From Patescibacteria group bacterium (lineage in GTDB: Bacteria; Patescibacteriota; JABMPQ01; JBFLZX01): 45,169 nt of DNA. This document shows, in pieces, positions 18,401-26,095 of the stretch. The position numbers were made by a program, and so were the translations under genes. Every line of letters begins with the position of its first letter. Position 1 is the first letter of the stretch. The stretch covers positions 1-45,169 of the forward strand of contig JBFLZX010000006.1 of assembly GCA_040756075.1 (NCBI GenBank), in the 5' to 3' direction. The notes beneath the pieces are model-generated. The model saw only the letters and a program-made list of their open reading frames with translations, was not told where the DNA came from and ran no database searches.

Positions 18401-18924
18401 TTTTGGGCGGAGTAATAAACAAAATAAAAAAGATTCTTACCCGAAATTCACAGACAATGCTTTTTGTTAAAATTGAAGACCTTGCTGGAGAGGCAGAAAT
18501 TATAGTTTTCCCAAAAGTGTTGTCCAAAAACCCAATTATTTTCCAAGAAGATAAAATTATTTTAGTAGAAGGAAGAACTTCGGATAAAAACCAGGAAATC
18601 AAGGTTCTTTGCGACAATGCCCGGGAACTAACTAAAGAAATAGTTGACGGATGGCGAAAAACAAAAAATCCAAAAAACAGTTCTATTCTTAAACTAACAA
18701 TTCCGCAAAACGCTACGCCAGATCTGCTCTATAAATTAAAAAATATTTTTGAAGCTAATCCTGGTCCTTGCGAAATTATTTTAAATATTCCCGACGGCAC
18801 AAACAGCTTTAAAACTATAAAGGCAAAAACTAAAACCGATACTAATAAAACTGTTTTAGAAAAAGTCAAAAGCTTTGTTGGAAGAGAGAATGTAAAAATA
18901 ATAAATCCAAATATCAAAGCCTAA
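15430..18924 (+). CDS. dnaE: DNA polymerase III alpha subunit
   Basis: PHP motifs FTHLHVHSHYSLLDG and TDHG; GPGRGSAAGS; FERFLNPER; MPDIDLDF; KMDFLGL; C-terminal OB fold. Confidence 0.98.
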   Translation: MFTHLHVHSHYSLLDGLPKIDDLVMRAKELGMHSLALTDHGVMYGLVEFYQKAKKIGIKPILGCEIYLAPYGMSQKRAKIDTKPYHLVLLCKNNEGYKNLIKIVTAAHLAGYYYKPRVDFEFLKNHAQGLIALTSCLEGEIPRLVLSGNLEKTAKRAKDYEQIFGKGNFYLEIQHHPGIAEQKIANQGMITISKKYNLPIVATCDSHYLMPADAEIQDILLCVQTQKKVAEKNRISMLDDDFSLRTPKEMAEIFKETPEAIANTEKIAKMCNLELEFGKIKLPKFEVPKPYNPDTYLKELAYHGLTKKYGIEIHKNTKTQKQENKLTAEILKRLEYELAVIEKTGFASYLLIVQDFVNWAKENKIVVGPGRGSAAGSLVCYLLNITEIDPIKYDLLFERFLNPERISMPDIDLDFADTRRDEVIEYVKNKYGKDHVARIITFGKMAARAAVRDVVRVLGYPYSFGDQIAKLIPMFMTISETCDKVYELKDLYQKDPDAKKILEYAKKLEGVARHASVHACGVVITPEPLDNYIPRQFASQDDKTVITQYEMHGIEDLGLLKMDFLGLKNLTIIQNTIKIIEKIHNIKNEIDKIPLDNKKTFELLQKGNTTGVFQLESAGMKRYLKQLKPTEFENIIAMISLYRPGPIEWIPEYILRKQGEKDITYIHPKLKRALEKTYGICVYQEQLMQIAQDVAGFTLAEADVLRKAVGKKIKHLLLEQKKKFIQGAMANNIPESIAQEIFSFIEPFAGYGFNKAHGTCYAMIAYQTAYLKAHYPAEFMAALLTSDQEDIDRIAIEIQECKEMGLEVLPPDVNESFTNFAVVKKDGKPVIRFGLNGIKNLGHDIASQIVEERKQNGKFKNFDDFIQRLASPKFNKKFLESLAKSGALDSLAERNQILQNTEKILNYSKNIQKTKSKGQVDLFGNLNSSASLQLRLDEAPPASKNERLSWERELLGLYVSEHPLAELKDYFDQKTTNCRQLKSKRGNEKVILGGVINKIKKILTRNSQTMLFVKIEDLAGEAEIIVFPKVLSKNPIIFQEDKIILVEGRTSDKNQEIKVLCDNARELTKEIVDGWRKTKNPKNSSILKLTIPQNATPDLLYKLKNIFEANPGPCEIILNIPDGTNSFKTIKAKTKTDTNKTVLEKVKSFVGRENVKIINPNIKA

Positions 18925-19008
18925 ATGTCAAATGAATGTCAAATGACTAAATAACAAATTGTAGATTTTGTCATTTGGGTTTCATTTGTTATTTGGATTT
19001 TGGATTTT
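18903..19008. repeat. Inverted heptamer array overlapping the dnaE stop; left arm near-identical to 32418-32459
   Basis: CAAATAT CAAAGCC TAAATGT CAAATGAATGT CAAAT..., mirror arm TTTGTCA TTTGGGT...TTTGGAT. Confidence 0.8.
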
Positions 19009-19015
19009 CGAAGTT

Positions 19016-20155
19016 ATGTACCAAAGACTCGATTCTCAAAAATCATATCGCGGTATTTTTATTTTCTTCGTCCTTATTACCTTAGCCTTGATTATCTTTG
19101 TCTTATACACCTCTTTTTCTCAAGCAATTATCACCCTCACGCCAAAAAAGGACAAAGTTTCTGTTGACTTCGGAATAAAAATTGAAAAAAACGAAAAGCT
19201 CGACCAAGAACCAAAAATTCTAGCTGGTCGCGTCTTGCAGACACAGGAGACCGCCGAAGAAAAAATTACTGACATCCCAAAAATAAAAACTGGCGACAGG
19301 GCTCACGGCAAAGTCACAATTTATAACCAAAACGAAGAGGCAATGGGCATTGTCGCCAAAACCCAACTTAGACATGAAACAACCGGACAGATTTTTAGAA
19401 CTGACCAAGCAATTAACATTCCTCCTCGCGGAAAAGTAGAAGTGGAAGTTACAGCTGATCAGCCGGGAACAAACGGAGAAGTAGAGCCGGACAATTTTCG
19501 ATTAATAAAACTATCTCCGGAATGGCAAAAAATTATTTATGGCGAATCCAAAGAAAAATTTAAAATTATTCAAAAAGAAGTAAAAATCGCAACTGCCGAA
19601 TTTATGGAAAAAGAAAAACAAAAAATTGTTGAGAATTTAGAAGACACGGCGAGGACAAAACTTGAAGACAAACTTTCCGGCTCTGAAAAAATTCCCAAAA
19701 AAGCAATTAAATATGAAATTTTAGAATCTAAAGCTTCAGTTGAACCAGAAACAGAAACAGAAGAATTTACTATTTTTATCAGAGTAAAAATTACCGCCTT
19801 GGTTTTTAATGAAGATATTCTCTTTAATATCGCTCAAGAAAAAATAAAAGAGAAAACAACTAGTGAGCAAGAATTTTTGAAATCTGATAAAGAAAGTATA
19901 AAATATGAAATTTTAAATTACGATTTAAATAGTCAAAAAACTACCGTCAAAGTTCATCTCGAAGGCGAAGTTCAATCTAAACTAAACGCCGAGGAAATTG
20001 ACCGTGAAAAACTGCTTGGCCGCAAAGATGAAGAAGTAAAAATGTATTTCAATAGTGACCCGAAAGTTGAAAATGTTGAAGTTTTATTTTCGCCTTTTTG
20101 GGTAAATCGAGTGCCGACGCTAAAAGACCATATTGAGATAGTAGTTAAAAAATAA
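19016..20155 (+). CDS. Membrane-anchored protein with baseplate J/gp47-like domain
   Basis: N-terminal TM; AHGKVTIYN...T.L...TGQIFRT...VEVTADQPGTNG pattern; C-terminal SPFWVNRVP; ATG at 19016 (the upstream extension is repeat-derived). Confidence 0.6.
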   Translation: MYQRLDSQKSYRGIFIFFVLITLALIIFVLYTSFSQAIITLTPKKDKVSVDFGIKIEKNEKLDQEPKILAGRVLQTQETAEEKITDIPKIKTGDRAHGKVTIYNQNEEAMGIVAKTQLRHETTGQIFRTDQAINIPPRGKVEVEVTADQPGTNGEVEPDNFRLIKLSPEWQKIIYGESKEKFKIIQKEVKIATAEFMEKEKQKIVENLEDTARTKLEDKLSGSEKIPKKAIKYEILESKASVEPETETEEFTIFIRVKITALVFNEDILFNIAQEKIKEKTTSEQEFLKSDKESIKYEILNYDLNSQKTTVKVHLEGEVQSKLNAEEIDREKLLGRKDEEVKMYFNSDPKVENVEVLFSPFWVNRVPTLKDHIEIVVKK

Positions 20156-20157
20156 CA

Positions 20158-20275
20158 AAAATTCCAATGACCAAATTCCAATGTTCAATCAAATCTCAAA
20201 TCATAAATTCCAAACAAGTTTGAGATTTGGAATTTGGAATTTGATTGGTCATTGAGATTTGGAATTTGGAAATTC
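20158..20275. repeat. Inverted heptamer array, no cargo
   Basis: aaattcc aatgacc aaattcc aatgttc aatc aaatctc..., mirror tttgaga tttggaa tttggaa... Confidence 0.85.
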
Positions 20276-20291
20276 TATTTTAATAAAATAT

Positions 20292-22055
20292 ATGCCTTCA
20301 AAAAAATCTAAATCAATTGATATTCTCCGCCACTCTTGCTCCCATGTTCTCGCTCAGGCAGTCTGGCAAATGTTCCCCGAAGCCAAACTCGGAATAGGGC
20401 CAACCATTGAAAATGGTTTTTATTATGATTTTTTATTGCCGCGGACTTTAACTCCCGAAGATTTAAAAATCTTGGAAGATAAAATGCGGCAAATTATTAA
20501 ACAAAACGCCGCCTTTGAAAAAAAAGTTGTGCCTATCGAACGAGCTTTAGAGTTTTACAGCAAAAAATGGGATCAGCCATTTAAACGCGAATTAACTGAA
20601 GATTTAAAAAAACAAGGGGCGCGGGCAGTAATAGTTTATCAAGATGGAAAATTTATTGATCTCTGCCGCGGCCCGCATCTAGATTCTACTGGCGAAATTA
20701 CACCTTCAGCTTTTAAATTAACTCGCATTGCTGGCGCTTATTGGAAAGGAAGTGAAAAAAGACCGATGATGCAAAGAATATATGGTATTGCTTTTGCCTC
20801 GGAAAAAGAGTTAAAAGATTACTTACAATTACAAGAAAAAATAAAACAATACGATCATCGCGAAACAAATAAAGCGCAAAAATTGTTCGGAATTTACGAG
20901 CAAGTTGGCGGCGGGCTTATTTTATGGCATCCAAAAGGAGCAATTGTGCGCCAAATTATTGAAAATTTTTGGCGCGAGGAACATTTGCGTCGCGGCTATC
21001 AATATGTTTATACCCCGCATATTGGACAACTCGGACTTTGGAAAAAATCCGGACATTTTTCTTTTTACCGGGAAAATATGTATTCGCCAATTAAAATTGA
21101 TAAAGTTGAGTATATGTTAAAACCAATGAATTGTCCTTTTCATGTCCAAATTTACAAATCAGAAATGCGCTCTTACCGCGATTTGCCAATAAGATTTTGC
21201 GAGCTCGGAACTGTTTATCGCTATGAACGAGCTGGAACTTTACATGGTTTGCTTCGCGTTCGCGGTTTTACTCAAGACGATGCTCATATTTTCTGCGCAT
21301 CTTTGCAAGTAGAAAAAGAGGTTAGCGATGTTCTTGATTTTGCAATTTTTATGCTTAAAAGTTTTGGTTTTAAAAAATTTGAAATTGACTTGTCATTGCG
21401 GGATCCTAAGAATAAACAAAAATATCTAGGAAATGAGACAGTTTGGCAAAAAGCCGAAGGAGCACTAGAAACAGCATTAAAAAAGAAAAAATTAAAATAT
21501 AAAAAGACTTTGGGCGAAGCAGTTTTTTATGGGCCAAAGATTGATTTAAAATTAATTGATTCTTTGGGCCGCGGCTGGCAAGGACCGACAGTGCAAATTG
21601 ATTTTAATTTTCCGGAAAAATTTGATTTAAATTATATAAATGAAAAAGGTCAAAAAGAAAAAGTGGTAATGATTCATCGCACAGTTTTAGGATCTATGGA
21701 AAGATTTTTTGGCTCACTCTTAGAACATACAGGCGGAGCTCTGCCAACCTGGCTTGCGCCTGTGCAATGTATTTTTATCCCAGTCTCTGATAAATTTGAA
21801 AAGAAAATTGGTGTGATTGTAGAAAAAATTAAAAAAGAAGGCCTGCGCATAGAAATAGATTTGCGCAATGAATCAGTTGGCAAAAAAATCTCCGACGCAA
21901 TAAAACAAAAAATCCCTTATATGATTGTGATGGGAGAGAAAGAAATAAAATCAAAGAAATTGGCAGTTCGCGAGCGTGGCGGCAAAAAAGTCCAAAAGAT
22001 TGCGCTAGCGACGTTTGTGAAGAAATTGAAAAAGGAAATTCAAAGTAGAAGCTAG
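20292..22055 (+). CDS. thrS: Threonine--tRNA ligase (short form lacking the N-terminal TGS domain)
   Basis: RHSCSHVLAQA, DLCRGPH, KPMNCPFH, GLLRVRGFTQDDAH, FYGPKID, HRTVLGSMERF; ATG at 20292 is the likely start. Confidence 0.97.
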   Translation: MPSKKSKSIDILRHSCSHVLAQAVWQMFPEAKLGIGPTIENGFYYDFLLPRTLTPEDLKILEDKMRQIIKQNAAFEKKVVPIERALEFYSKKWDQPFKRELTEDLKKQGARAVIVYQDGKFIDLCRGPHLDSTGEITPSAFKLTRIAGAYWKGSEKRPMMQRIYGIAFASEKELKDYLQLQEKIKQYDHRETNKAQKLFGIYEQVGGGLILWHPKGAIVRQIIENFWREEHLRRGYQYVYTPHIGQLGLWKKSGHFSFYRENMYSPIKIDKVEYMLKPMNCPFHVQIYKSEMRSYRDLPIRFCELGTVYRYERAGTLHGLLRVRGFTQDDAHIFCASLQVEKEVSDVLDFAIFMLKSFGFKKFEIDLSLRDPKNKQKYLGNETVWQKAEGALETALKKKKLKYKKTLGEAVFYGPKIDLKLIDSLGRGWQGPTVQIDFNFPEKFDLNYINEKGQKEKVVMIHRTVLGSMERFFGSLLEHTGGALPTWLAPVQCIFIPVSDKFEKKIGVIVEKIKKEGLRIEIDLRNESVGKKISDAIKQKIPYMIVMGEKEIKSKKLAVRERGGKKVQKIALATFVKKLKKEIQSRS

Positions 22056-22264
22056 AAACTCGAATCTCGCAACTTGAATCGAATATTAAATTTAAGAAAA
22101 TTGAAATTAGTTTTTGGAAAATAGAAAATAGTAATGGAAATTGGAAAATCGAAAATGGTAACTAATTTCTAATTTCCATTTTCTATTACAAATTTCCAAT
22201 TTCTAACAACCAATTTCCAATTTCATAATTCCATTCAAGATTCCAGTTGCCAGTTGCGAGATTC
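22056..22264. repeat. Two nested inverted repeat arrays between convergent genes
   Basis: Outer arms GAATCTCGCAAC.../...GTTGCGAGATTC; inner GAAAATW heptamers mirrored by AATTTCY heptamers. Confidence 0.75.
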
Positions 22265-23639
22265 ATTTTTTACTTGCTTTTATCAGTCTCTTTGCATATT
22301 TCACATCTGGATAAATAAATTCAAGTTTTGCCAAACCAGCTCGCACAAGTTCTTCATTTATAAAAGTTCCGTCAGAAAAAACATAAGCTAAATATCGACC
22401 AAAAGGGTCAATTTTTTGTTTATCGTACTCTATTGTCACTTCTTTACCATAAATTAATTCTTTGTTTTTATTTGTTGCTTCCAAATAAAACGGCTCGCCA
22501 ATTTCCGGCGTGTCTATTCCAATATAACGAATTTCTTGGCCCGAATCTAAGAAAATAGTATCGCCGTCATCAACATAAATTACTTTGGCGCGGACTTTTG
22601 TTTTCGAAGAAAAAACATCAATGCCGCTTATATTTTGCAGAGTATAAATAGTTTTCCAAATTGAGACCTCATGATTAATTTTATAAACACTTATTCTGCC
22701 GCCATATCCTTCGCCAATTAATACTTCTGCCCTGCCATCGTCATCAACATCTTTTAATTTCAAATAAATTTCATTATTTGATATCAAATTATTTGGCCAC
22801 GCAATATTTTGATAATTAAATTTTGAAATTTGACATTGGCCATTGCTTAAAAAACTGCAAATTCCAAATTCCGATTTTCCATCGCCTTCTAAATCGCCGG
22901 CAGAAATGTTAAAATCTCTATAATTTGAAATATCAATTGACGCAGGATATATTTTTTTGTTTTTATAAATAAATATTTTTGATAAACCGCTGCTTGAAAA
23001 AATAATCTCATCTTTACGGTCGCGATCAATATCTCCGGAAGTAATTTTTATTCCACCTCGGTAATTTTTGGAAAAAGGAATGAATTTATCTAGAAGTTTT
23101 CCTTTGTAATTGAAAATTTTTATATAAGGCGGAGTAGAAACAATAATTTCTGACTTGCCGTCATTATTTAAATCGCCTAAAGTAATGTCGTTCCAAGTGC
23201 TAGCGAGGAATTCCCTTGATAAGCCGTGGGATTCCTCGCCCCGATTAACATCGGGGCTCGGAATGACATCATATTTCAGTGCGCCATTTTTAGAAAATAT
23301 TGCAATCCGCGACATCCCATATTTTGACACCACCACAATTTCATTTTCAAAATCGTAATCAACATCGCCGACTGCAAAATTTATCGGAACTTGCATATTT
23401 TCTGGCAAAAAAAATGAAGAAACAATATTGCCTTGTAAATCATAAAAAATTATTTGCCCCAAATTCGTTGAAACAACAATTTTTTTTTCTTGAGCCGCTA
23501 AAGAAAAACTCGGCAATAAAAATAGCCAAAATAAAAAAATAACCCCAGAAATTATTAACTTTGAGTTTTGAGCTTTAGTTTTGAGTTTTGAGCTTTGAGC
23601 TTTGAGCTTTAACTTTGTTTTTAAACAAAACATAATCAA
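22263..23639 (-). CDS. Secreted FG-GAP-repeat protein fused to a C-terminal thermonuclease (SNase) domain; start uncertain
   Basis: Repeats GDVDYDFENEI, GDLNNDGKSEI, GDIDRDRKDEI, GDLEGDGKSE; SNase motifs VDDGDTI, IRYIGIDTPE, D.FGRYLAYV, NEELVRAGLA; the N-terminus includes a heptamer arm (23558-23612). Confidence 0.85.
   Translation of the reverse strand: MIMFCLKTKLKLKAQSSKLKTKAQNSKLIISGVIFLFWLFLLPSFSLAAQEKKIVVSTNLGQIIFYDLQGNIVSSFFLPENMQVPINFAVGDVDYDFENEIVVVSKYGMSRIAIFSKNGALKYDVIPSPDVNRGEESHGLSREFLASTWNDITLGDLNNDGKSEIIVSTPPYIKIFNYKGKLLDKFIPFSKNYRGGIKITSGDIDRDRKDEIIFSSSGLSKIFIYKNKKIYPASIDISNYRDFNISAGDLEGDGKSEFGICSFLSNGQCQISKFNYQNIAWPNNLISNNEIYLKLKDVDDDGRAEVLIGEGYGGRISVYKINHEVSIWKTIYTLQNISGIDVFSSKTKVRAKVIYVDDGDTIFLDSGQEIRYIGIDTPEIGEPFYLEATNKNKELIYGKEVTIEYDKQKIDPFGRYLAYVFSDGTFINEELVRAGLAKLEFIYPDVKYAKRLIKASKK
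23186..23268 (-). repeat. REP-like palindromic element read in-frame inside the nuclease gene
   Basis: Minus strand TGTCATTCCGAG-CCCCGATGTTAATCGGGG-CGAGGAATCCC...GGGAATTCCTCG...TTGGAACGACA matches the intergenic elements at 24400 and 45082. Confidence 0.85.
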
Positions 23640-23648
23640 TGCCTAAAA

Positions 23649-24359
23649 CTATTTCGGCAATAATTTACCGCTGCCAGCCGGATTATACCCATGCTCTACC
23701 TCTTCGCCATCTTTATATCCATCGCCATCAGTATCCGAATTTTGAGGATCGGTTTGATATTGATATTCTTCCAAATTATTCAGGCCATCCTCATCAGGAT
23801 CAGAAAGGGCGTCAACATAATCTAAAGGGTTTAACTTGTATTTTACTTCAAAACCATCAGGTAATCCATCAAAATCTGTATCTTTTTCTTTGGGATTGGT
23901 GCCGTATTGCAGTTCCTGCGAATTTGAAAGTCCATCGCCATCTTCATCAATATTCCCAAAATCAGATTCTTTTGTTTCGGTTATAACTTCTTTTTTTGCC
24001 TGGTTTTTTTTGAAAAATATGCCTCTTTGCCAAAACTGCCATACACCATAAGATAAAGCCAAAATCACAACAATCAATAAAAGTAAAATATTTTTTCTAT
24101 TTTTTGGCACTCTGCCCGCACCTTCAAGATAGTGTTTTTTTTCTTCTTTCTGTGGTTCTTGTTTAACAAATTTTGGAAGATGAATTTCCTCTTCGCCAAA
24201 AGAAGGCAGAACCTCTCGCTTTGATTTAGATCTATCGTTTTCAAAATCTACTTCCTCCGACAAAAAATCTTCGTTTTTGCTTGGCCTAAAACTTCCTTCT
24301 CCTGCTTTTGGTAAATTTGCCGGCGGATTAGATTTAGATTCTTGAGTACGAAAATCCAT
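23649..24359 (-). CDS. Single-pass membrane protein with DxDxDG (thrombospondin type-3-like) Ca-binding repeats
   Basis: TM LLLLIVVILALSYGVW; DEDGDGL, DTDFDGL, DPDEDGL, DTDGDGYKDGEEVEHGYNP. Confidence 0.8.
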   Translation of the reverse strand: MDFRTQESKSNPPANLPKAGEGSFRPSKNEDFLSEEVDFENDRSKSKREVLPSFGEEEIHLPKFVKQEPQKEEKKHYLEGAGRVPKNRKNILLLLIVVILALSYGVWQFWQRGIFFKKNQAKKEVITETKESDFGNIDEDGDGLSNSQELQYGTNPKEKDTDFDGLPDGFEVKYKLNPLDYVDALSDPDEDGLNNLEEYQYQTDPQNSDTDGDGYKDGEEVEHGYNPAGSGKLLPK

Positions 24360-24399
24360 AAAAAATTAAAAATGACAATGTTAAAATTGACACAGAATG

Positions 24400-24515
24400 T
24401 GTCATTCCGAGCGAGGAGCGGAGCGACGAGTCGAGGAATCTCGCAGCTTGTCTGCGAACTCGCATTCGCGAGAGATCCCTCGCTACGCTCGGGATGACTC
24501 CGATGCATCGGAGTC
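24400..24515. repeat. Complete REP-like element plus a 20-bp perfect palindrome, located between heptamer arms
   Basis: TGTCATTCCGAG...CGAGGAATCTC / GAGATCCCTCG...CTCGGGATGAC; GACTCCGATGCATCGGAGTC at 24496-24515; heptamer arms at ~24362-24393 and ~24528-24567. Confidence 0.85.
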
Positions 24516-24562
24516 AATCTTAATATCTGAATTGTCATTTTTTATTTTACATTTTAAATTTT

Positions 24563-25510
24563 TCATTTTACAACAAGTTTCCCCATCATTCCTTTTCCTT
24601 TATCTTCAATTGTATTAGAGTAATAAATGTATTCCCCGGTTTTTTGCGGCGTAAATTCTATTGTTGCTTTTTCGCCCGCCTTAATTGTCTGATTAATATC
24701 CAATTCATCAATTGTAAAAGTATGATCTGCATCTTGACTTGTGATTTCCAGCGTTGCTTTTTCTCCTGTTTTTACTTCAAATTGAGCAGGGTCAAAGATG
24801 TAATTTTTAGCAATAATTGTTATTATTTTTTGCTCTTCTGAAACTGCTGTCTTTTCTAGCTTGCCAGAACCCAAGGGATTATAGCCATTATCAATTTCTA
24901 CTTTATCTAGATACTTATCTCCGTCAGTGTCTTTAAGATTAGGATTTGTATTATAAGTAACCACTTCATCATAATCTGATAATCCATCGTTATCAGTATC
25001 GGTTAATTTTAAAATCATCTCTAGCTGTTTAATTGATTCTGTATCCGCTGGCGCGGCTTGCGTCTGTGATATTTTATTTATTTTATCTTCCAGGGAATTA
25101 ATTTTTTCTGCTTCTGCTTTTTTTAAATCGGCCAATTCTTTTTCCAAATTCTCTAATTTCGTCTTTTGTGTTTCAAGTTCTTGAGGACTTAATTGTGTTG
25201 CTTGACTCAATTCAGAAATTTTGGCTTTGAGTGAATTTGTTTGTAAATACAAAATACCTAGAGCAATAAAAAGTCCAAGAATTAATAAAAAAACAAAAAT
25301 AAAACCTAATATTAAGCCTATATGGCTTGGTTTTTTGGGTAATGATTGGGGCGCAGATGGAGACGGAGATTTTGAAGAAAGCGACCTCATTTCTTTTGTT
25401 TCTGATGACTCCAAATTTCCGCTTAATTCTGATTCAGCGATTTTTTGTTTAATTAATTCTCTTGGCGGAATCCTCCGCGGCAAATTTTCTGGCGGGGCAA
25501 TGTCGATCAT
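24563..25510 (-). CDS. Membrane protein with coiled coil, DxDxDG repeats and a C-terminal cupredoxin-like domain
   Basis: TM; DTDNDGLSDYDE, DTDGDKYLD; F.P..F.VKTGE...DADHTF...F.P.KTGEY.YY...GMMGKLVV. Confidence 0.75.
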   Translation of the reverse strand: MIDIAPPENLPRRIPPRELIKQKIAESELSGNLESSETKEMRSLSSKSPSPSAPQSLPKKPSHIGLILGFIFVFLLILGLFIALGILYLQTNSLKAKISELSQATQLSPQELETQKTKLENLEKELADLKKAEAEKINSLEDKINKISQTQAAPADTESIKQLEMILKLTDTDNDGLSDYDEVVTYNTNPNLKDTDGDKYLDKVEIDNGYNPLGSGKLEKTAVSEEQKIITIIAKNYIFDPAQFEVKTGEKATLEITSQDADHTFTIDELDINQTIKAGEKATIEFTPQKTGEYIYYSNTIEDKGKGMMGKLVVK

Positions 25511-25568
25511 AATTAATTTAAGATTTAAGATTGATAATTGATGATTTAAAAAATTTGGGATTTTAGAT

Positions 25569-25928
25569 TTAAGATTTATTATTTTTAGATGCTGATTTTC
25601 TTGAAACTACCATAATTGATATAATTTCATTAGTTTCTTTTAATAGTGGTTCTACTAATTCCTTTTTCAGTAATCTACTTTCTATAACAATTTCAAGCCA
25701 AAATGCACTTTCATCAGCCTCTTCAATCACAACGCCAAGTTTCGCTATAAATTCTGTTTTTGATCTTGCACGGCAAGCGGCATAATAATTTGCTCCTACT
25801 GATGTTCCGCTTCTCATTAACTGATTGCCTATTATACGGCCCTCAACTGTATTCGGTAAGGCTCTTACTAATTTTATTATCCGCAATACATATTGCTTTG
25901 TTCTTTTTCGCAAATCATTTTTATTCAT
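25569..25928 (-). CDS. Four helix bundle protein
   Basis: DLRKRTK...QLMRSGTSVGANYYAACRARSKTEFIAKLGVVIEEADESAFWLE; inverted heptamer arms at ~25935-25969 and ~25515-25577. Confidence 0.9.
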   Translation of the reverse strand: MNKNDLRKRTKQYVLRIIKLVRALPNTVEGRIIGNQLMRSGTSVGANYYAACRARSKTEFIAKLGVVIEEADESAFWLEIVIESRLLKKELVEPLLKETNEIISIMVVSRKSASKNNKS

Positions 25929-25975
25929 AATTCATAAAATCTACAATCTGCAATCATCAATCTACAATTATTTAT

Positions 25976-26004
25976 AGTATAACATATTCTTAACTAAAAA
26001 TCAA
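25976..26004 (-). promoter_or_regulatory. Sigma70-type promoter upstream of the four helix bundle gene
   Basis: Minus strand TTGATT-17-TATACT with extended TGn. Confidence 0.5.
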
Positions 26005-26019
26005 ACAAAATTGTCCACT

Positions 26020-26058
26020 AAAATAAAAACTTTGCATACTTACTAAATACGCAAAGTT
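26020..26058 (-). terminator. Probable intrinsic terminator after 26096..27181
   Basis: Minus strand AACTTTGCGTATTT/AAGTATGCAAAGTT stem followed by TTTATTTT. Confidence 0.5.
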
Positions 26059-26095
26059 ATGCCCTCGCTTATTTCTAGAAATGCGGAAAATTAAA

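Noticed and set aside
15430-18924. Intein in DnaE
   Set aside because: 1164 aa is a normal length and no intein splice motifs were seen.
19016-20155. Prophage or contractile injection system
   Set aside because: No other phage or sheath genes in the window.
20156-20291. T-box or thrS leader riboswitch
   Set aside because: The region is fully explained by a heptamer inverted array; no T-box consensus.
24248-24618. ORFs 24248-24538 and 24397-24618
   Set aside because: Translations of the REP-like element and heptamer arms (CHSER, HPERSEGS); they overlap real genes.
13959-25928. Diversity-generating retroelement suggested by the Avd-like proteins
   Set aside because: No reverse transcriptase, and no TR/VR pair with adenine-specific mismatches was seen; differences between surface paralogs A and C look like ordinary divergence.
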